A stretch of DNA of 9,004 nt. It comes from Octopus sinensis. Taxonomy: Eukaryota. The position numbers and the translations under genes were made by a program. Below the pieces are notes generated by a model, which was not told the DNA's origin, made no database searches, and saw only the letters and a list, made by a program, of their open reading frames with translations. Every line of letters begins with the position of its first letter. Within the stretch, counting starts at the first letter, position 1. This document shows positions 1-7,016 of this stretch, piece after piece. The stretch covers positions 1 through 9,004 of the forward strand of contig NW_021828197.1 of NCBI RefSeq assembly GCF_006345805.1, given 5' to 3'.

Positions 1-10
1 AACAGCGTTT

Positions 11-43
11 ATATATAGTGAGAACGCAAATATATAGTGAGAA
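11..43 (+). repeat. 14-bp direct repeat ATATATAGTGAGAA (11-24 and 30-43)
   Basis: Two exact copies read directly, 19-bp period. Confidence 0.8.
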
Positions 44-44
44 A

Positions 45-125
45 GCTTAGTGTTGAGGGTGTTGCACTCACGATCACGGGATCGTGGTTTCGACTCCAAG
101 GGCGGGTGGTTCATTACGTTTTTCA
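45..125 (+). mobile_element. 5' fragment (tRNA-like head) of a tRNA-derived SINE, same family as 8349-8615
   Basis: A-box-like GCTTAGTGTTGAGG (45-58) and B-box-like GGTTTCGACTCC (86-97) at tRNA spacing. The layout parallels the 8349 head (GGTTAGTGTGTTGTACTC...GATCGT...TTCGGTTCC). Similarity fades after ~125 into a GT-rich tract. Confidence 0.6.
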
Positions 126-276
126 TCTCATGTGTCTGTGTGTCTATGTGTGGGTAGGTGTGTGGGTGTCAGAGAGAAAGAGATAGTGATTGTTTAGCGA
201 GTTTGATGAAATATATAAATGAATAGCTAGAGGGCTAAGATAAATAAAAGGGAAAATTCCAAAACTATGTGTATGC

Positions 277-296
277 ATATATATATATATATATAT
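277..296. repeat. (AT)10 microsatellite
   Basis: Direct reading. Confidence 0.95.
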
Positions 297-1567
297 TAAG
301 TGTAGGAAGAAATGGAGCTGAACGAAGATTTAACAAAATTCCTTTTTATTATTTTCTACATATGTTTCGAAGGCTGCAAAGTCCCTAATTCGGATTGAAT
401 AAGGAGTCCATTTTGCAGCCTTCTCTTCAGGAAAATCCAGGAACTTAATTCTCCAACAAAATGCACAATAAGCTTTTCGACAAACGCTCACGGGGAGCCC
501 ATGAAATAAATGGCACAAACTGTCTATCTATATGCGTTGACGCCAGACTGGGTGAAAGCAGAAGAGATTGTCCGTTGAGATAGTTCAAGGTCAGAATCCG
601 GTTAGCAGAAGGGGGGTACAGGAAAACCAAAGAGTGTGAATGTATTCTGTATGACTGGTGTTTATATTTGAATTATTTTAAGAATGAGTGTTAGAGTGTT
701 TGAGTGTGAGAAATTGCTTTCATGTATGTGTGTGTGCGTCTATGTATGTGTGACAGTGTGTTTCGAAGGCAGAAAGAGAGAGAGATATAGCAGGTATTAA
801 TGGTCCTTCCGTCTTTGACGAGAAAGTTCATCATATACATATAGGGAGGCGGAGAGAGAGCGCAAAATCATGGCTGTGAAGTCTTGAAGAACATCTAATT
901 TTTCCAGTATTACAATCCAGTGTGTATTTAGTATCGTTGTTGTGTTGATGTCAGGTAGATATTAGAATTGAAAATTTTCGAAATATTGTTTTCAGATTTA
1001 TAATATAACAAAAGAGAGAAAGTTGGACAATTTTTCGTATTATTTATTCACATTTACATACGTTTCATTTGATTCTCAGTCTGAAGATTTTCTATTTGGA
1101 AATTTCTTATATATTTTTCCAACATGTACAACTTTGTAATTCCTATAAGCAAATGAAATATATGTAATGGTAAATAGATACCAACAATTTTTTCAAACCT
1201 CCTGTTTTGTAATATATATATTACAATATGTGTCCTCGTGTGTATCGTTGGCGATTTTTTTCCTCTGTCTTCCCTTCCTTGGATCTTTCCTTTTTCTAGG
1301 TTTCTGACAAAGAGCTCCGCTCGAAACGTTATATCCTCCTTCTTTCTTTCTTTTCCTGAGCGTCCAATAACACTATACTTGTTCCACGTCCTCGCGTTGT
1401 TGTGTTTTCTCTTTTTCATGTTTCAATTAACTATATATATATGGCGTCTGTAAGAGTCTGGATTGAATTGATATATCGGTTCCATTCTAACAAAAACTGT
1501 CTGATGAACGGCAACGAGAAACTCAGAGTAACAGATTTTGTTGAATTTTCTGCTGCTTTAAATAAAG

Positions 1568-1637
1568 TATATATATATATATATAGATATATATATATAT
1601 ATATATATATAAACGTAAATGTAGAGAGAGAGAGAGG
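1568..1637. repeat. Interrupted (TA)n (1568-1610) followed by short (AG)n (~1623-1637)
   Basis: Direct reading; a single G interruption in the TA run. Confidence 0.9.
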
Positions 1638-1657
1638 GACAGAAAGGCGCGCGAAAG

Positions 1658-1756
<99 letters not shown>
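1658..1756. repeat. Perfect (AGAT)24 tetranucleotide microsatellite
   Basis: Direct reading, 24 uninterrupted units plus AGA. Confidence 0.97.
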
Positions 1757-2216
1757 CGCAAAAACATGGTGGTATATTTCCTCATATATTCATAATTTGA
1801 AAGAATATTGGTGGAGTGATTTTGACAAAAGTTCTGCAAAACATAAATGAGGAAAAGAAATTCTACACAGAAATAACGATCAGTTTCCCTTCCAGACGTT
1901 TATATAATGTTAAAGATATAAAAAAAAAAATCATCTAATACGCATGAATGAGAACTCGGAAGATATAACACCAAGACTATTGCTATGAATATATAGCAAT
2001 GATTAATTGATGTGCTCTGTAATGTAACTGTCACATTACTCACTTCGCTATGCTGGAATTACGAAAATCAGAAATTTTAGCACTCGTTCGGATATTGCAA
2101 TTGTAAACCACTAAAAGAACAGTAAAATCATTTGAAATAATAACTGAATTTGGCCTGCTGAATTTTCGCATGCACAGGGATAGTAGCTATGCTACGGTAA
2201 CGTGTTCAGTCCGGTA

Positions 2217-2279
<63 letters not shown>

Positions 2280-2296
2280 ATATTATTATTATTATT
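2217..2296. repeat. (ATT)20 plus (ATT)5 trinucleotide microsatellite
   Basis: Perfect run 2217-2276, short AATAT interruption, second run 2282-2296. Explains the poly-Ile ORF 2202..2411. Confidence 0.97.
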
Positions 2297-2436
2297 TCTT
2301 ATTTTTGTTATAGAATTCTATTTATCACGCTGGTCTGTTAAGGGTAAACAAGAGATACAACGCAATGATAAATACACACTCTCTCATACACACAGACTCA
2401 CATATGAATGAATGTGTGTCTGGTTTGTATATGTAC

Positions 2437-2438
2437 AT

Positions 2439-2499
<61 letters not shown>

Positions 2500-2605
2500 A
2501 ACAGAGAGATAGAGAGATAGAGATAGAGAGATAGAAAGATACATACATACATACATACATACATACATACATACTACATACATACATACGTACATACATA
2601 TATAG
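2437..2605. repeat. Compound microsatellite (AGAT)n-(AG)n-(AGAGAT)n-(ACAT)n
   Basis: Direct reading. Confidence 0.95.
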
Positions 2606-2775
2606 ACAAAACCGAATAGGAAGAAAGAGGTTGAAGAGAAGAGTCGCTGAAGAGGTCACAGAGGTATAGCGAATGATTTCGAGAGAATGGAAGGAAATAA
2701 GACAAAACAAGATCAATAATAAATAGTTGAAGAACGAATATAAAGTGCGTATGTTTACTGGCAAGAAAAGAAATC

Positions 2776-2777
<2 letters not shown>

Positions 2778-2818
<41 letters not shown>
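2778..2818. repeat. (TA)20 microsatellite
   Basis: Direct reading. Confidence 0.97.
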
Positions 2819-2826
<8 letters not shown>

Positions 2827-3054
2827 TTATGTTTATGTACATACATACAGAATGTAATTATTATAAAAGACATTTCACCTCTGACCAATTCGTCTTTATT
2901 TCAGAGCCATTAAAAATGTACCTTTTTTAAGATGCTAGAGTATATCGGATGAGTGATTTGACTTTTATACCTTGGACCTCAAGCATTTAGATGTTTTCAC
3001 GTTCGTATTGAGATTATGAGCCCGTGTAGTTTAAGGCATTAGTTCTACCGTTCG

Positions 3055-3071
3055 TGCTGCTGCTGCTGCTG
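3055..3071. repeat. (TGC)5 short trinucleotide repeat
   Basis: Direct reading; source of the poly-Q in minus-strand ORF 3045..3257. Confidence 0.85.
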
Positions 3072-3095
3072 TAATTCATTCAACGGAATGAAATT

Positions 3096-3330
3096 GGGTG
3101 AGCTGGCAGAAACGTTATCACGCTGGGCGAAATGCTTTGCGGTATTTCGTCTGCCGTTACGTTCTGAGTTCAAATTCCGCCGAGGTCGACTTTGCCTTTC
3201 ATCCTTTCGGGGTCGATTAAATAAGTACCAGTTACGCACTGGGGTCGATATAATCAACTTAATCCGTTTGTCTGTCCTTGTTTGTCCTCTCTGTGTTTAG
3301 CCCCTTGTGGGTAGTAAAGAAATAGGAATA
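3096..3330 (+). mobile_element. tRNA-derived SINE, near full length (copy 1; octopus-type head + central core + tail class A)
   Basis: Head GGTGAGCTGGCAGAAACGTTA..., B-box GAGTTCAAATTCC (3166-3178), core GAGGTCGACTTTGCCTTTCATCCTTTCGGGGTCGATTAAATAAGTACCAGT. The 71-bp core matches the two downstream copies in reverse complement (57/71 and 60/71 by hand). Flanked by a target-site duplication. Matches my recollection of an abundant octopus SINE; exact family name not assigned. Confidence 0.92.
3104..3178 (+). promoter_or_regulatory. Internal RNA polymerase III type-2 promoter (A box 3104-3114, B box 3166-3178) of SINE copy 1
   Basis: TGGCAGAAACG resembles the TRGCNNARYGG consensus and GTTCAAAT resembles GTTCRANNC. 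Activity unknown. Confidence 0.55.
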
Positions 3331-3437
3331 AAATTGGGTAAACAAAAATGTATTTTGAATATCCTTTCTCGTAGATGGTATGTTACATGTGTCACTCAGT
3401 TTAACACCAACAACAACATAACACTTATATATACACA

Positions 3438-3629
3438 TTTCAAATTGTGACACAGAGCCCGCAATTTCAAGGAAGGGGATAATCTGACTGGTACCTATTT
3501 TAACGACTCCGAGGGGATGAAATGCAAGGTCGAACTTGGCTGAATAAAAACTCAGAACGAGTAGACGGGGGCAACATGACGCCAAGCATTTTTTCCGGGG
3601 TGCCAACGATTGTGCGAACTCACCGGCTT
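3438..3629 (-). mobile_element. tRNA-derived SINE copy 2 (diverged, internal deletion, tail class B)
   Basis: Reverse complement reads AAGCCGGTGAGTTCGCACAATCGTTGGCAC...TTCTGAG...GTTCGACCTTGCATTTCATCCCCTCGGAGTCGTTAAAATAGGTACCAGT. Core 3487-3557 is 57/71 identical to copy 1 core 3162-3232. Confidence 0.88.
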
Positions 3630-3643
3630 AGACACTCATATAT

Positions 3644-3857
3644 ATTCCTTTCTAATAAAGGCACAAAACCTGAAATTTTGTGGGATGGAACAAATCGATT
3701 ACATCGACCTGAGTACTCGACTGTTACTCATTTTATCCATCCGGAAAGGATAAAATGCAAAGTCGACCCCGGTGGCATTTGAACTCAGAAATTGAAGACA
3801 GGGAGGAAATGCCGCAAAGCACCCTGTCCGGCGTGCTAACGACTGTGCCACGTCTCC
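3644..3857 (-). mobile_element. tRNA-derived SINE copy 3 (diverged, tail class B)
   Basis: Reverse complement reads GGAGACGTGGCACAGTCGTTAGCACGCCGG...TTCTGAGTTCAAATGCCACCGGGGTCGACTTTGCATTTTATCCTTTCCGG. Core 3720-3790 is 60/71 identical to copy 1 core. Confidence 0.9.
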
Positions 3858-4377
3858 AACTTATAAACATATTATAACATTTAATTACATTGAGTAGTGG
3901 GGGTGTATTGAATTCATTTAACGGAGAAGGGCTTGTTACAAGTATTCGAATCGTATTCTTCAATCTGATACTTCATATACCAAGCAATGCGCTGCTTCAT
4001 GGCGCAGCAACAACATGATGCATTAAGTATTTCTAGTCTTTCTTCTCAGATCTTGGACATTGCAATGATATCATAAAAGTTATTCTTACAACACTGACAT
4101 GGCCCTAAATGAGGCGAGGAAAAAAATGCAATGTTAGAACATATTAATTCAAATATCTTTGTCTGTCAGAAGGCCGTTTGAATTAATGCATGTTTCGTCG
4201 TAATTGTCACAGCAGGCGGTGTCAAAGTAACCTTCGTCAGCCGAGTCGATTGTCGCAATATGAACCATAAGATCTAACACGGTGCAAAGAGAAGGAAGAA
4301 TAAGAACAAGGATATGGCTACAACTTTCAGACAAAGGAACGTAAGGCGACATGCAATTAAATTGAGAGCCGTTACGA

Positions 4378-4381
<4 letters not shown>

Positions 4382-4459
<78 letters not shown>

Positions 4460-4502
4460 CACACACACATACACACATATACATACATACATACATACAT
4501 AC
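4382..4502. repeat. Compound microsatellite (TC)37-(CA)n-(CATA)n
   Basis: Perfect TC run 4382-4455, then AC and ACAT units. Confidence 0.97.
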
Positions 4503-4544
4503 CTAAATATATATATTTAGATAGATAGAGAGAGAAAGACCCCT

Positions 4545-4577
4545 GTATGTATATGCATACATATGCATATACATACG

Positions 4578-4624
<47 letters not shown>

Positions 4625-4680
4625 CATACGTATATATATTATATATATATATATACATACGTATATATATATATATATAC
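4545..4680. repeat. (TA)n array with three ACATACG-headed higher-order units
   Basis: ACATACGTA at 4571, 4624 and 4655, separated by TA runs. Confidence 0.9.
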
Positions 4681-4814
4681 ACGTCAGTATATTCAAACAC
4701 AACACATATGCATACGTAGGTATTTATCTTTGGAAGAACTTATTAAGGAAAGTCTATATGTAAATGGACGTACACTTATGTATGTGTATGTGAATACACA
4801 CACACATAGATACG

Positions 4815-4817
<3 letters not shown>

Positions 4818-4855
<38 letters not shown>
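4818..4855. repeat. (AT)19 microsatellite, followed by degenerate TACA/ATGC low-complexity sequence to ~4990
   Basis: Direct reading. Confidence 0.93.
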
Positions 4856-4860
<5 letters not shown>

Positions 4861-5178
4861 TGATGTATTTACATGTATGTATGCAATATACATACATGTG
4901 TACATGCATACATACATATATTCATGCATGTACGAACTCATTCATATTATCATACATGCACAGATACATAACTACATATTTGCATGCTATGAATCGCTCA
5001 ACGGAGATCAATCGGAGTTTTAGGAAATTAGATGATATTTGTTACTAAAGCAAGATGTAGCTTCTGTGACTTCAATGGAGATTTTCAAAGTTGAAATATT
5101 ATCATAGTTTGGTTTGAGGCTATCTTACTAAAAACGTCAATGTATTTATTTGAAATCACTGTCATGTACTTCCATATG

Positions 5179-5182
<4 letters not shown>

Positions 5183-5217
<35 letters not shown>

Positions 5218-5307
5218 GAGAGAGAGAGCGAGAGAGAGAGAGGGAGAGAGAGAGAAAGAGAGAGAGGGATAGATAGTGAGATAAATAGATAGAGAGAGTG
5301 ATATATT

Positions 5308-5354
<47 letters not shown>

Positions 5355-5433
5355 ATACATACATGCATACATACATACCTAGATCCACACATACATATAT
5401 ATATATATATATATAAACACATGTATATATATG

Positions 5434-5478
<45 letters not shown>

Positions 5479-5618
5479 ATATATATGTATGTATGTATGT
5501 ATGCATGTGCATACATACACATACACATATATATATATGTACATACATCATACATACATACATGCATACATACATATATACAGCCACCCACACATACATT
5601 TGTGTTAGGTAGTATATA

Positions 5619-5661
<43 letters not shown>

Positions 5662-5704
5662 ATATTGATATAGATAGATAGATATATAGACAGATAGATA
5701 GATA
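5183..5704. repeat. Large compound microsatellite block (AT)n-(AG)n-(AGAT)n-(ACAT)n-(AT)n-(ATGT)n-(AT)n-(AGAT)n
   Basis: Direct reading; accounts for all ORFs between 5146 and 5673. Confidence 0.95.
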
Positions 5705-6976
5705 GGAACGTAAAACTACAAATAATATTAGAGAATGAATATCATAAAGACTAATAGAATACTGAGGGGTCAGGTAGTGCTGTGCAGCATTGTCGACTAC
5801 GACGGCAGAGAAACAGCTTAGAATTAAATATTCAATATCAGCGATGATAATGATGTAGAAAAGAAAACAGTGATAACCTTGTCACCGAGGAAGATTTTAG
5901 TTTGATATTTCTTATCGATATTTTGATGATTGCAAAATTAAAAGATCCAACAACCAAATTATTTTCTTTCTGAATTCAATGAAAAATATTAACAAAGAAT
6001 AATGATGATAGAAAAAATATATATATACGTTTCTTCTTCCCGAGATCACAGATGAATCCTGTTAGCAAATTACATAATCTTTTTCTTTTACATTTTTTTT
6101 TTAATATTATGGAGAGAATGTCTATTAATCTTGACATAAAATACGATTATCGAAATTGTGGGGGAAAATATGCATATGCTCAAATTTATGTGTGCAAGTT
6201 TAGCAATGCTATAGATTTAGAGAGAGAAAAAAAGATGCCAATGATATTACTACTTACGCAATATGAAATTTCCCTTTCGAAATATCACTAATTCTTTGTA
6301 GCAGTTTTTACAAAAAGTTACAACATTTCAATGCGATGATTGCATGTAATAGATTGCCTCATAGAAAGATTTACGTATCGTGGGAGGCAAATAGTTAAGT
6401 ATCAGCGATCTTTGGTTTTCTGGTTAAGCCATGTATCACGCAAAAGCCTCGTCCACTTAGTTAAAAGCACAATTTTATGGTTTATATTGCTTTCACCAAT
6501 TCAGTCTTGATCGAGTAGACGTTGATGTACCTGTTGTGACCATGTCTTCTTTTATTCAGCCATACTGCATATCATACTATATTATACTCTGTATTTTTCT
6601 TCTTTGTCATATCTAGCGGGTGATATGCAAATTATTTCACGCTATTTCCAGCAGATCGAGTCGCCACGTATGATTCCTTCTTGCCTCACATGTAAAGCCA
6701 ATATGAGAAGGATGTAACCCAGGCAACTAATAATGGACCATTATAGCCACCATTCTTTTTATTTGCTGTTGCTATAGTACCACGGTTTGCAAATGGTTCG
6801 TAGAATAAGACCTTAAGGCGTAATACAACGGATAGATTCACAAATTCGATATCGTGTACTTTTTCTTCTCGATATTGTGATCCCGCAAATAAGAAACAAT
6901 CCTGCAAACTTTATACCACTCAGTTTTTAAAAAAACAATTGCTTTTTTTAACTATTATTAGCCTCTACGAATTTAT

Positions 6977-7016
6977 AATAAACTTATTAGTAAGAAAAAT
7001 AAACTTATTAGTAAGA
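6977..7016 (+). repeat. Tandem duplication of AATAAACTTATTAGTAAGA (6977-6995, 6998-7016)
   Basis: Two exact 19-bp copies, 21-bp period. Confidence 0.9.

Larger units (their letters stand above)
3085..3339 (+). repeat. Target-site duplication of SINE copy 1: GGAATGAAATTGGGT (3085-3099) / GGAATAAAATTGGGT (3325-3339)
   Basis: 14/15 identical direct repeats at the two element boundaries. Confidence 0.75.

Noticed and set aside
330-518. ORF MCHLFHG...KKEFC as a CDS
   Set aside because: 62 aa from a non-ATG start with no recognisable family; its internal symmetry is due to the DNA hairpin at 369-423.
363-770. 12-bp direct repeat TGTTTCGAAGGC (363-374, 759-770) as a TSD
   Set aside because: A few 12-mer matches are expected by chance in 9 kb, and no element features lie between them.
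1258-1359. Plus-strand polypyrimidine tract ending CTAG at 1299, then VSDKELRSKRYILLLSFFS-stop
   Set aside because: No donor site or recognisable peptide; pyrimidine tracts are ubiquitous in this DNA.
2605-2770. Purine-rich Lys/Arg/Glu-coding-like stretch
   Set aside because: The best-looking frame has in-frame stops; the pattern is compositional bias only.
3096-3180. tRNA-like sequences here and at 45-100 and 8349-8410 as tRNA genes
   Set aside because: A/B boxes are present, but there is no closable cloverleaf or acceptor stem and each continues into SINE body or repeat sequence.
3045-3963. ORFs overlapping the SINE cluster, including the poly-Q ORF 3045..3257
   Set aside because: They lie within non-coding SINE copies; the poly-Q comes from a (TGC)5 repeat.
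1558-5673. Numerous ORFs with YIYI, LSIY, MYVC, RERE or poly-I runs
   Set aside because: They are translations of stop-free microsatellite frames, not proteins.
5778-5803. Two adjacent mini-hairpins TGCTG/CAGCA and GTCG/CGAC (possible Helitron end or terminator)
   Set aside because: Stems are only 4-5 bp, with no CTRR terminus or U-tract; chance level.
6052-6907. ORFs 6052..6291 and 6686..6907
   Set aside because: Short, no recognisable motifs, no supporting splice signals; expected by chance.
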